NCBI GenBank assembly: GCA_040776945.1
Contig: JAXGZN010000002.1
Span: forward strand, 448,001 to 512,000
Source of the DNA: Methanomassiliicoccaceae archaeon
Lineage (GTDB): Archaea > Thermoplasmatota > Thermoplasmata > Methanomassiliicoccales > Methanomassiliicoccaceae
Direction of reading: 5' to 3'
Length of the DNA stretch: 64,000 nucleotides
The position numbers and the translations under genes are program-made. This document shows, in pieces, positions 41,199-51,068 of the stretch (position 1 is the first letter of the stretch; each line of letters begins with the position of its first letter). The notes under the pieces were generated by a model. That model was not told the DNA's origin. It saw only the letters and a program-made list of their open reading frames with translations, and ran no database searches.

Positions 41199-41341
41199 CG
41201 GATACGAGGTTCGTAGGCACGAGCAAAGGGGCCTAAACCCCGTTAACTGGCATCTAGGGCCGGCCCTTTTCGATGCAACATTGTAACAATCGTTTTAGAA
41301 AAAACTTTTGTCAGGCTTGAAATTTTAACCGGCGTTAAACA

Positions 41342-41356
41342 TGGATGGTCCATCCA
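41342..41356. promoter_or_regulatory. palindromic operator TGGATG-GTC-CATCCA upstream of the corrinoid protein gene
   Basis: Perfect 8-bp arms (ATGGATGG/CCATCCAT) just upstream of BRE/TATA-like AAAAGATTTTAATA. Confidence 0.75.
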
Positions 41357-41430
41357 TCCATAAAAGATTTTAATACGAGGCAACCATATCCAAATTCAAA
41401 CTCTTTGTCATTTGAGGAGGGAATCAAAGT

Positions 41431-42069
41431 ATGAGCAACGAGATACTTGACAAGTTAGCTGATGTCGTAGTGAAGGGGAAGATCAAGGAAGCCAAGCCCC
41501 TTGCAGAGCAGGCCTTGGCCGCTGGGATCGACCCCAAGGTAATCATCTTCGACAGCTTGAGCAAGGCTATGGGAGTTGTAGGCCAGAAGTACGAGAGCAA
41601 GCAGTACTTCCTGCCCCAGGTCCTTCTGTCCGCTCAGACCATGTACCAGGCCCTGGATGTCACCCTGCCCAAGCTGAAGGTTGACGCCAACGCTATTCCT
41701 GGAAAGGTCGTCATCGCTGTTGTTGAGGGCGATGTGCATGATATCGGAAAGAACATCGTGAAGGCCATGCTGACCGGTGCCGGCCTGACATTGTTCGACA
41801 TGGGCCGTGACGTCCCCGTCAAGAACCTGGTCGAGAAGGCCAAGTCCGAGGGCGCCCAGATCCTTGCCACCTCCACCCTGATGACCCCCACCCTGGCGGG
41901 CATGAAGGAGATCGAGAGGATCCTGAAGGAAGAGAACCTCAAGGGCAAGGTCAAGACCGTCATCGGCGGTGGTGCGACCTCCAAGGAGTTCTCCAACCAG
42001 ATCGGGGCCAACGGCTGGGCTTACGACGCTGTCGAGGCCGTGGCTGTTGTTCAGGGCCTGCTGAAGTAA
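41431..42069 (+). CDS. methyltransferase cognate corrinoid protein (MtaC/MtmC-like)
   Basis: EGDVHDIGKN B12 motif, STLMT, IGGG, FLPQVL cap domain; strong RBS. Confidence 0.92.
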   Translation: MSNEILDKLADVVVKGKIKEAKPLAEQALAAGIDPKVIIFDSLSKAMGVVGQKYESKQYFLPQVLLSAQTMYQALDVTLPKLKVDANAIPGKVVIAVVEGDVHDIGKNIVKAMLTGAGLTLFDMGRDVPVKNLVEKAKSEGAQILATSTLMTPTLAGMKEIERILKEENLKGKVKTVIGGGATSKEFSNQIGANGWAYDAVEAVAVVQGLLK

Positions 42070-42175
42070 ACCCATCACTTAACTGAGGGGCTCCATCCCC
42101 TCTACCTTCATGTTTTTATTCATCGTATCCTAGAATATTACATCTGCCGCCTCCGCATGGGCGGGAGGGAGCGCG

Positions 42176-43063
42176 ATGTCAGATTATGGCGGTTTCCAAG
42201 TGAAAGTTACCAACAGCTCCAAGATGATGTATCCTCGAGATGGAATAACCAAGGGAGATATGGTGAGCTATTACTCAATGATATCCTCGGTAATGTTGCC
42301 CCATGTCCGGGACCGCCCGGTGTCCATGCTCCGCTATCCGAACGGGATCGATGGAGAGAGCTTCTTCCAGAAGCAGGTCCCGGACCATTTTCCCGAATGG
42401 TTCGCGACCGTCAAGGTCAGGAAGAAGGGTGGGCAGGTCATCCATGCGATGGTCCAGAAGGAGGCGGACCTAGCGTACCTTGCCAACTACGCTTGCATAA
42501 CGCCACACGTTTGGTTGAGCCGTGCAGGCTCTCTCGAGCGGCCGGACAGGTTGACGCTGGATATGGACCCCTTTGATGATGACTTCATCACAGTGAAGGA
42601 TGCCGCCCTTGCAGCAGCCTCCGAGCTGAGGCCGCTGGGCCTTAAACCCTTCGTTATGACCACTGGTTCTCGAGGTCTTCACGTGACCGTTCCTTTGGAC
42701 CGGACAGCTCCGTTCGGAGAGGCCCTATCCCTGGCCAAGGAGGTGGCGGACAGGATGGTCGAGGGGGACGATCGCTTCACGACCGAGCGATCGAAGGCGG
42801 ACCGCAATGGCAGGCTGTTGGTAGACGTTTTCCGAAATGCCTACGGGCAGACGGCGGTCCCGCCCTACGCGCTCCGGGCCCGAGACGGGGCTCCCGTAGC
42901 GACCCCTCTCCATTGGGAAGAACTGGAGGATCCCGGGCTAACCTCCAGACGGTTCAATATGCGTACGGTCTTTGAACGCCTTAGGGCCAGAGGGGACCCA
43001 TGGTCAGAGATAGAGCGCCACGCCAGCTCGATAAAGGATGCGGCGGACAGGATGAGAAAGTGA
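42176..43063 (+). CDS. stand-alone LigD polymerase (PolDom) domain protein
   Basis: RYPNGI..FFQK, LDMDP, TTGSRGLH, RNAYGQT, PYALRAR. Confidence 0.88.
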   Translation: MSDYGGFQVKVTNSSKMMYPRDGITKGDMVSYYSMISSVMLPHVRDRPVSMLRYPNGIDGESFFQKQVPDHFPEWFATVKVRKKGGQVIHAMVQKEADLAYLANYACITPHVWLSRAGSLERPDRLTLDMDPFDDDFITVKDAALAAASELRPLGLKPFVMTTGSRGLHVTVPLDRTAPFGEALSLAKEVADRMVEGDDRFTTERSKADRNGRLLVDVFRNAYGQTAVPPYALRARDGAPVATPLHWEELEDPGLTSRRFNMRTVFERLRARGDPWSEIERHASSIKDAADRMRK

Positions 43064-43308
43064 AAGGCCTGGCCCAGAAAGGGCCGACCATCGACCATGC
43101 TGTATCGAGACCATATTTAAGGCAGAACGGAACCCCCCCCGCAACGCCATCCATGAAAGGACATCACCGAAATTCCGCGCATGGACCGAGCGACCAAAAA
43201 TTTGGATATATCTATTTATAGTGCCATGATGGAAACATAGAGCGATTTCCCATCATGAGGGCGCTTCAAATACGGCAGAGGCCATGATGGGTATGGAACG
43301 AAAGGAGC

Positions 43309-44538
43309 GTGAATGTGATGAAAAAGCTTGTTAAGAACAATGTTTACTGGGTTGGAAAGGTTGATTGGGAACTCCAAAAGTTCCACGGAAATGAGTATTC
43401 CACTCATGAGGGATCTACATACAACTCCTACTTGGTCCAAGAAGAAAAGAACGTCCTGATCGACACGGTCTGGTCTCCTTTCGCGGATGAGTTCGTGGAG
43501 AACCTGGCCAAGGAGATCGACCTCCAAAAGATAGACATCGTAATAGCCAACCACGGCGAGGTGGACCATAGCGGGGCCTTGCCTGCTCTAATGAAGCACA
43601 TACCGGACAAGCCCATCTATTGCACGGCCAATGCGGTAAGGTCCCTTAAGGGACAATATCACCAGGATTGGAACTTTAAGGTCGTGAAGACCGGTGATAA
43701 GATCGATATTGGAAATGGAAAGGAACTCATTTTCCTTGAGATGACGATGCTGCATTGGCCTGACAGCATGGCGACCTATTTGACCAAGGACAACATCCTG
43801 TTCAGCAACGATGCGTTCGGCCAGCATCTGGCGACAGAGAAACTATTCAATGATCAGGTCGACCAGTGCAGCCTATATAATGAGTCCATAAAATACTACG
43901 CGAACATATTGACCCCGTTCAGCCCTATCTTGAAGAAAAAGATCGAGGAGGTCGTTGCCCTTAACCTCCCGATCGAAATGATCGCGACGAGCCACGGAGT
44001 TATCTGGAGGGACGATCCCTCTCAGATTATCCAAAGATATGCTCAGTGGTCGAACGATTATCAAGAGGACCAGATTACCGTCATTTACGACACCATGTGG
44101 AATGGTACCAAAAAGCTCGCTGAGAAGATATCGGAAGGCATCGCCCTGGAGGACCCTGGTTCGGTCGTAAAGATGTTCAACCTTACAAAATATGATGAGA
44201 ACGACCTTATCACCGAGGTATTCAGGTCCAAGGCGGTCGTCATCGGATCACCGACGATATCCAAGAGCATACTCCACTCGGTCGCAGGCTTCATCCATCT
44301 TATGAAGGAGCTTAGGTTCAAGGGGAAAAAGGCCGCCGCCTTTGGCTGCTATGGCTGGAGCGGAGAATCGGTAAAGGAGATCAATGCGCTGTTGGCAGGC
44401 GCCGGCTTCGAGGTGGTCAGCGAGGGGTACAAGAACCAGTGGAACCCCGACCTCGACGCACAAAAGGCAGCGATAGAATATGGTAGAACGTTGGCAAGGT
44501 CGTTTGCCAAGCAGGCCGTCGAGGGTAAGGATCGATAA
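43309..44538 (+). CDS. fprA: flavodiiron protein (FprA-type O2/NO reductase)
   Basis: HGEVDHSG, HWPDSM, NDAFGQH, SHG and a flavodoxin domain (YDTMWNGT). Confidence 0.92.
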   Translation: MNVMKKLVKNNVYWVGKVDWELQKFHGNEYSTHEGSTYNSYLVQEEKNVLIDTVWSPFADEFVENLAKEIDLQKIDIVIANHGEVDHSGALPALMKHIPDKPIYCTANAVRSLKGQYHQDWNFKVVKTGDKIDIGNGKELIFLEMTMLHWPDSMATYLTKDNILFSNDAFGQHLATEKLFNDQVDQCSLYNESIKYYANILTPFSPILKKKIEEVVALNLPIEMIATSHGVIWRDDPSQIIQRYAQWSNDYQEDQITVIYDTMWNGTKKLAEKISEGIALEDPGSVVKMFNLTKYDENDLITEVFRSKAVVIGSPTISKSILHSVAGFIHLMKELRFKGKKAAAFGCYGWSGESVKEINALLAGAGFEVVSEGYKNQWNPDLDAQKAAIEYGRTLARSFAKQAVEGKDR

Positions 44539-45075
44539 AAAAATGATACGCCCGGTCGATCTCTGATAATATCCTATCGCCCCCTGATAGGTTGAGGGGA
44601 TGCCCTCGCCCAAACCTTTTATTTTCGGTTTTTATCGACCTCGGCTCTATTCCTGAGGTATTGCGCATATTGAGGTCCAGTCAGACCCTTTTTGGATGCT
44701 GGGATCCGGAGCGATCAGGGGATTGGCATATGGAAGCGTGCTATCGTAAAAGGCCGTCTCCAAAGGATCATAAGGGTCCTTTCCACCACAATCAACAACG
44801 CAAAAAGCCCGGGAGGATCAAGGTCCAGCATTCGCTTCAACATCTGCATTTGAAGACATGGGTCAGAGCGCAACAGATAATGCTAATTTCTCAAATCCCT
44901 TACATGGGCCTCTTGCTTCTGACCGGCCGCTTCGATACAGTATATATTGCCTTCCCAGTGCATAGCTGGCTCGGGACCTACGGAACGACGATTGTTAATC
45001 CAGATTGACGAAAACTAATTATATGGTTACTTTAATTGCGAACCAAGCTATAAGGATGTAATAGGAGGACCAATC

Positions 45076-46074
45076 GTGACACCAAAAGAGAGGTTTCTAG
45101 CAGCCCTATCCCGAAAGAAGTTGGACAGGCCCCCAGTAGGATGCGTTACCCAGTCGGTGACCGTTGACCAGATGGACGCGGTGGGAGTTCACTGGCCAGA
45201 TGCTCACACCGATCCCAGGAAGATGGCGACCCTCGGAGCTGCAGGCGCCAAGGTGTTAGGCTTCGAGAACGCAAGGATACCCTTCTGTCTGACCGTCGAG
45301 GCCGAGGCCTTCGGAGCCACTGTGGACCTGGGAAAGGTCGACAGGACCCCCATGGTCAAGAAGCATGTCTTCGAGGCCGATGCCATGCCCACCTTCCCTA
45401 AGGACTTCGCCACCAAGGGAAGGGCCAAGACAGTCATCGAAGCCACCAAGATATTGAAGAAGGAGGTCGGTGACAAGTTGCCTATCGTCGTCGGCACCAC
45501 TGGCCCCGTTACCATCGCCGGCCACTTGGTTGGGACCGAGGGACTGCTTCTGATGATGATCACCGACCCTGACGCCGTCCACAAGTTCTGCAAGGTCGCT
45601 GCCCAGATGGAGAAGGAGTACCTGAAGGAGCTCGTTAAGGCCGGCGCCGACGCCATCGCCATGAGCGACCCCTCCGCCTCCACCGACATGCTGTCCGGGG
45701 AGATGTTCGACGAGTTCGCGAAGCCCTACATCAAGGAATGCTGGACCGGCGTTGAGGGTGCCAAGAAGATCCTGCACATCTGCGGGGACACCACGATACT
45801 GCTCGACCACATGATCGACACCGGCGCCGACGCGCTCTCCATCGAGGAGAAGGTCAACCCGGCCGAGGCCGTGCGGCTAGTGAACAACCGCGCTGCCCTC
45901 ATCGGCAACATAGGTGTCGTCCGCCCGCTGCTCCAGGGGACTCCGGAGGACTGCCGCCAGAACGCCATCGAGGTCAGGGACGCCGGCTTCAACGTCGTTG
46001 CTCCTGGCTGCGGCCTCGCCGCCCGTGTGCCCAAGGCCAACCTTGACGCCATGATTAAGGCGATCAAGGGCTGA
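45076..46074 (+). CDS. mtaA: methylcobamide:CoM methyltransferase
   Basis: URO-D fold with PFCLTVEAE and zinc ligands HICG and PGCG; RBS GGAGG plus GTG start. Confidence 0.9.
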   Translation: MTPKERFLAALSRKKLDRPPVGCVTQSVTVDQMDAVGVHWPDAHTDPRKMATLGAAGAKVLGFENARIPFCLTVEAEAFGATVDLGKVDRTPMVKKHVFEADAMPTFPKDFATKGRAKTVIEATKILKKEVGDKLPIVVGTTGPVTIAGHLVGTEGLLLMMITDPDAVHKFCKVAAQMEKEYLKELVKAGADAIAMSDPSASTDMLSGEMFDEFAKPYIKECWTGVEGAKKILHICGDTTILLDHMIDTGADALSIEEKVNPAEAVRLVNNRAALIGNIGVVRPLLQGTPEDCRQNAIEVRDAGFNVVAPGCGLAARVPKANLDAMIKAIKG

Positions 46075-46155
46075 TCAGCCACTGGTGAGCCGATCAGAGG
46101 TTGGAAACACCTTCCCCCTTCCCATTTTTTATAAATCCCCTAGGTTATGTTCAAT

Positions 46156-47193
46156 TCAATACCTGCCGTGCTTCTCGCACGCCTCTCTGACCCTGAGTAT
46201 GTTCTCCAACGGGCTCTTGAACGGTATCTCGCTCCCAGGGGCCATGATGAGCCCCGGAACGTCCCCGAAAAGCTCGATGACCTCTCGAACCTTGCCCTCG
46301 ACCTCTTCAGGGGTCTTTCTGAAGATAAGGACCCCGTGATCGATGCCGGACGCCAGACATACCTTGCCCCCATGTTCCCGGAACACTTTGACGGGGTCCA
46401 CAAGATCATTGTTGTAGTGCACCGCCGCCGCTCCCGCTTCGATCTGCTGGTTGAGATATGGAAGCTCGGCATCATTATGAACGAGGGTCTTGATTCCCAG
46501 GGACCTGAACCTTTCCAGCAGTTGGCGTAGATAGGTTATGTCGTATTCGCCGCACATTTCCGGCGAGATCAGCTGACCGGAGGCAACGCTGCCATCCATG
46601 AACGAGGCCTCCAGGCCGAGCGCCGATATCCTCTCCCCATACATCTTCAAAGATTCCAGGGCCACCTTGACGATCCGGTGGACGGTCGCTGGATCGGACA
46701 CGGTGTCCAACATGATGTTCTCATAACCCCTGAGCTGGGAAGCAAGGAAGAAAGGGGAGATAGTGCTTCCCAACACCGCCACTTCCCTGCCGATCCGCTC
46801 CTGCAGAAGCGCGCCGGCCTTCAACGGCACGGACCAGAACCGATCTTCCACGGGGTCCACCGGAACAAGCTTGTCCACATCCTCCGGCCCTTGAACAGCG
46901 TAATTTTCAGCCCTGGGATAGTAGTCCTTTTCCGGGAACTTCCAAGCGCTGCCCATCGCCTGGGCCTCGGTCAGGAGGTCTCCCCAGCCGATCATGACAT
47001 TGTCATATCTGAAAAGCTCATGTGCCTTCATCATGATCCTGGCGAAGACCTCAGGGTCGTGAAATCCCTCTTTGATGGTCAGCCCTGAGGCCTGCAGCAC
47101 GTGCCTTGCCCCGCCAAGTTGTTGATAGAAGACCGGCACTCTGTCAGGCGTTTCCAGCCTGAGAGCGGAAAGGAACCTTTCTCTGCAGTTCAT
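46156..47193 (-). CDS. URO-D/MtaA-superfamily protein lacking the Zn-binding cysteines
   Basis: MNCRERFL...PDRVPV, LRGYEN; HND and PGSE where MtaA has HIC and PGCG. Confidence 0.82.
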   Translation of the reverse strand: MNCRERFLSALRLETPDRVPVFYQQLGGARHVLQASGLTIKEGFHDPEVFARIMMKAHELFRYDNVMIGWGDLLTEAQAMGSAWKFPEKDYYPRAENYAVQGPEDVDKLVPVDPVEDRFWSVPLKAGALLQERIGREVAVLGSTISPFFLASQLRGYENIMLDTVSDPATVHRIVKVALESLKMYGERISALGLEASFMDGSVASGQLISPEMCGEYDITYLRQLLERFRSLGIKTLVHNDAELPYLNQQIEAGAAAVHYNNDLVDPVKVFREHGGKVCLASGIDHGVLIFRKTPEEVEGKVREVIELFGDVPGLIMAPGSEIPFKSPLENILRVREACEKHGRY

Positions 47194-47326
47194 GACGCCC
47201 TATATGTGATGGCCGACTATTCTACGTTTCCAGGAACCGCCATATCTATGGAGGGGCGAGCGGCCCCTAAGCGATAAAAATCTTAGGCAGGAAGTGATTG
47301 AAGGAACGATGGAGGTTCTGTGAACG

Positions 47327-47776
47327 ATGCTAGAATGGGAGATGGACGAGTTCGAAAAGCATAACGCCGTTCAGAAGGCCCGTAGGCTGTCCGAAAGGTC
47401 CTTTGACAAGATAGACCAACTCCTCACAGACTCATTGGCCCTGAGGATCCTGGCCATGAGCATAGGCCGTGAACTTACCGTTCAGGACATCAAGGACAAC
47501 CTGGACGTTTCCATCGTCACCTGCTATGGCATCGTGAAGCAGCTACGCGAGGTCGGACTATTGATCGAGGCGGGCAAATCCAGGACATCGGCGCACGGGC
47601 TCTCCACATTATACACCTCCACTCTAAGGACAAGCATGATCCGCTTGACCGGTGGCCACCTCGAGATATTCTACGTGTTCAACGACGGCACCGTTCGCTC
47701 CCGCATAGAACAGGTGTTCGATGAGGACAAGCTGGGAAGGTTCGGGAAGAGGCATTCGGTCAAGAGACCGGAATGA
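47327..47776 (+). CDS. winged-helix transcription regulator
   Basis: HTH similar to 15377..15745 (LLT..S..IL, CY, GLL). Confidence 0.75.
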   Translation: MLEWEMDEFEKHNAVQKARRLSERSFDKIDQLLTDSLALRILAMSIGRELTVQDIKDNLDVSIVTCYGIVKQLREVGLLIEAGKSRTSAHGLSTLYTSTLRTSMIRLTGGHLEIFYVFNDGTVRSRIEQVFDEDKLGRFGKRHSVKRPE

Positions 47777-47857
47777 TCGGGCCATTATGACCAATTAAAT
47801 AGATTTTAATGCCAGCCCATGGGCTAAATATCTCCTAGGAGTTCTTCCCCTGATATT

Positions 47858-49498
47858 ATGGGTCTTGGAATCGCTCTGGACGTGGGCACCAGCGGATATC
47901 GCTGCCACCTTGTGGACCTATCGAAGAACGGTAAGATAATCTCGACCGCCATCACCATGCGGCATCCTTTGCCGGGCGCCAACATCATGGACCATCTCCA
48001 TTTCTGGCTCGAGAACGGCGCCGAGGTCGGTCATAAGATCGTCATGGACACCGTCAGCCGGCTCATAGAGATGCACGATGTCGACCCCAAGAGCATCGAA
48101 AGATTGGCAGTGTGCGGCAATCCTGCTCAAGTGTCCATGTTCGAAGGGATAGAGATCCGTGACCTTGCCTACGCTGGGCAGTCCCTGCTTAAGAGGCTGA
48201 ACGTAAAGGTGCCCGATCGTCGGGCTAAGGTCATCACCGCGGGGGACATCGGACTGACCGCTCTCAGGTCCGAGGTGGACATCGTCATCCCGCCGACCAT
48301 CCGCCATGAGATAGGTGCCGACGCCCTTGCCATGATCATCAAGTCAAAGCTCCTGGAGAAAAAGGAGACCTGCATGGTGACCGACTACGGGACCAACGCC
48401 GAGATGGGACTGTTCCATGATGGGGAATTATATACTGGCTCAGCCGCCGCCGGGCCGGCCATGGAAGGGCAGGCCATCAACTACGGCATGCTGGCCGCCC
48501 CTTATGCCATCTCAGATTTCAGCTTTGCCGAGGACGGGACATGGAACAACATCGTTCTCAACGAAACCCTGAAGCCAGTGGTAGGTATGAAGGTGAATCC
48601 TTCGAACGGTACCTTCTCTTCGGTCAGCGATATGAACGCCAGAGGGATAACGGGGACAGGGGTGGTCGCCGCGGTCGCTCTGGGGCTCGAGTCCGGTCTC
48701 ATCGAACCGCCCTACATTCGCACACCTGACAAGAAGCTGCATTTCCAGAACGGCATCGACTTTGGAGAGGACGATCTAGGTGAGGCAGGGAAGGCCATGG
48801 GAGCTATACGCGCCGGCCACCGCACGTTGATCGAAGAGGTCGGCATCGACGACACCGACGTCAAGACAATGTATCTCGCCGGAGCCTCGGGCACCTACGT
48901 GGACGCAATAAAGGCTCAGACGGTGGGAATGGTCCCCCGCATCATAGAGAAGACGGTCCAGGTAGGCAACACCTCTCTTATGATGGCCTATGATCTTCTG
49001 GTCAAGGATGAGGCCATGGATGAGATGCAGAGGATCGCCGATTCGATCGCCTCCAAGCACATCATGTTCGCGACCAGCAAGGTCTTCGAGGACATGTACG
49101 TCAATGAGATCGGGTATTGGATGGAGGGCATGCCTTTCGACATCTATAACGAGTCGCTGCGAACGGCCGGTCTTAGGCCCCTTCCGCCCATAGTCCGCCC
49201 GAAGTCCACCCAACGCATCGTCAGTTCGGACATCCCCATCATAGGCGATAAGGGACTGAGGATCCTTGACAATGTTGGTGTTTACCTGATGGGCAGCTTC
49301 GAGGGCTGCATAGGGTGCAAGAAGTGCGCCAAGGAATGCCCGGAAAGGGCGCTGGAGGTCATCGAGGGCGGACCTCACGGATACACAATAAGGATCGCCA
49401 CCGAGCACTGCCTCGGCACTGCTTGCAAGAACTGTGAGGCGGTGTGTCCAAAGAAGGTATACCGCTTCAGCGACCTGAAGATCAGCGAACGGGCCTAA
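47858..49498 (+). CDS. ramA: corrinoid protein reductive activase (RamA family)
   Basis: ALDVGTSG, TDYGTNAEM, AAAGPAMEG and two C-terminal 4Fe-4S motifs. Confidence 0.93.
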   Translation: MGLGIALDVGTSGYRCHLVDLSKNGKIISTAITMRHPLPGANIMDHLHFWLENGAEVGHKIVMDTVSRLIEMHDVDPKSIERLAVCGNPAQVSMFEGIEIRDLAYAGQSLLKRLNVKVPDRRAKVITAGDIGLTALRSEVDIVIPPTIRHEIGADALAMIIKSKLLEKKETCMVTDYGTNAEMGLFHDGELYTGSAAAGPAMEGQAINYGMLAAPYAISDFSFAEDGTWNNIVLNETLKPVVGMKVNPSNGTFSSVSDMNARGITGTGVVAAVALGLESGLIEPPYIRTPDKKLHFQNGIDFGEDDLGEAGKAMGAIRAGHRTLIEEVGIDDTDVKTMYLAGASGTYVDAIKAQTVGMVPRIIEKTVQVGNTSLMMAYDLLVKDEAMDEMQRIADSIASKHIMFATSKVFEDMYVNEIGYWMEGMPFDIYNESLRTAGLRPLPPIVRPKSTQRIVSSDIPIIGDKGLRILDNVGVYLMGSFEGCIGCKKCAKECPERALEVIEGGPHGYTIRIATEHCLGTACKNCEAVCPKKVYRFSDLKISERA

Positions 49499-49656
49499 GT
49501 AGGGGCAAGAGCAGAACGGCGCTCCCGAAAGGGGGTGTCCGCAAACATTTCTTCTTTTTCGACAACGATTAATACATATTGAGGCATTATCTGCAACGAA
49601 CCTCACAAACAACCCGCTATATGGATAGTATTTGGAACAATGTTGCAGGTTTGCTC

Positions 49657-50124
49657 ATGGACGATACCGACCTGAAGATCCTAAAGATGCTCCGAGACAA
49701 CTCCAGAGAGAGCCTAGGCAAGATATCCGAGGTCCTGGGGATATCGAAGGCCACGGTCTCTCGCCGGCTGGCGAGGATCGAGCAGGAAGGATATATCACG
49801 GGCTACACAACAATAACCAACCCTGGAAAATTGGGGGTGATGAAAGGGATAATATCCCTCGAGATAATGGGAACGGCGGTCAATGCTGTCATCGAGCAAC
49901 TTCGGTCGTTCAAAGAGATCGAGTCTGTGATGAGGGTGTTCGGTGATCATGGGCTTATATGCATTGCCTATTCCAGAAGCGTGGACTCACTCTATGAGCT
50001 CATCCAAAACCAAATCCTAAACATCCCAAATGTCCACAACGTGGAGGTGGACATCGTCATTGACCGGATGATAATCAATCCTAACGCCGAGCTTGATATG
50101 TCCAAGGCCCCTGGGATAAGATGA
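49657..50124 (+). CDS. Lrp/AsnC family regulator
   Basis: MDDTDLKIL...SKATVSRR...GYI. Confidence 0.88.
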   Translation: MDDTDLKILKMLRDNSRESLGKISEVLGISKATVSRRLARIEQEGYITGYTTITNPGKLGVMKGIISLEIMGTAVNAVIEQLRSFKEIESVMRVFGDHGLICIAYSRSVDSLYELIQNQILNIPNVHNVEVDIVIDRMIINPNAELDMSKAPGIR

Positions 50125-50958
50125 TCACTCAGTGATGATGCAGACCCATCGATCATAGAACCTATCGTTCTCGTTCTCGAACATCTCGACCCTCCTCGCT
50201 TCCTCCAGCGCCCACTTCTTGATCATCTCTGCCTCCCTCTCGTTCTCCACGGTGACCATGGTCTCGGCGGCAAGGTCCATGAGCTCACAAAGGATGGCCC
50301 TCCATATGTGGGCGGTGAAGTCATTTATGGTGCCGGCCATAAGCGCAAGCCCCAGGTCGGTGGGCCGCACATAATGGCCGGCCAGGGTCGCATCTATGAG
50401 CATCGTCTCATCCGGCCGAAGCCTGCCCTTGGACAGCCCTAAGGACAGCAGGGTGGGGTCGTTGTCATACGCCAGGGAGCCGATCCCAAGGTCTCTGAGA
50501 ACTGCAGCCCCCATACCTGAACCGCAGCCACAATCCAAGCAATTATTTCCTTTCCGGTCTCCCCATATTTCTGTGATGAGCGACCGGAGGAGCCTCGCTC
50601 TTTCTGGGGAGTGGTCCTCCATGGCCGGAGGATTGTTACGGAGGAGATCGAAGGAATAGTACTCTCGGGTCGCTCTGATCCATTCCTCCTGGGTAGTCCT
50701 TAGGATCTCGCCGTCGAGGTTCTCGAACCTCTCGACCGCTTCCACGGATGGCCCCCGCAGTATGAAATTGGTGGCCTTCCATCCCCTGTCTGTTAAAAGG
50801 ACGAGCGATAGTGGCCAATCCTCCTCATCGACCACCAGGCGTGCACCCTCCGCCTCCTCTCCCAGGAGCATTGCCGTAAAAGCTACGTCCGGCAACAGGT
50901 TGAAAGCAGGTTCATTGAACCTGAATTCCGCAAGACCGAGAATATCATTGACCTTCAT
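50125..50958 (-). CDS. class I SAM-dependent methyltransferase, candidate MCR-modifying enzyme
   Basis: LDCGCGSG motif; divergent from ycaO and beside the mcr operon. Confidence 0.8.
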   Translation of the reverse strand: MKVNDILGLAEFRFNEPAFNLLPDVAFTAMLLGEEAEGARLVVDEEDWPLSLVLLTDRGWKATNFILRGPSVEAVERFENLDGEILRTTQEEWIRATREYYSFDLLRNNPPAMEDHSPERARLLRSLITEIWGDRKGNNCLDCGCGSGMGAAVLRDLGIGSLAYDNDPTLLSLGLSKGRLRPDETMLIDATLAGHYVRPTDLGLALMAGTINDFTAHIWRAILCELMDLAAETMVTVENEREAEMIKKWALEEARRVEMFENENDRFYDRWVCIITE

Positions 50959-51068
50959 GATAGGACCGGACCGGCCTAGACAGGTGACCTTGATATATTA
51001 TTATTATTGTGGCCATGGGCGGAGGATGGTTCGAGAGATTTATTATCGGAGGAGGTCATGGACATCTC

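Noticed and set aside
44693-44708. TGGATG-CTGG-GATCCG and similar 4-nt-spacer variants at 57701 and 63421
   Set aside because: Wrong spacer length plus mismatches, and mostly not in promoter positions; not counted as operator sites
50993-51009. (TTA)n run between the methyltransferase and ycaO
   Set aside because: Too short; explained as an AT-rich divergent promoter
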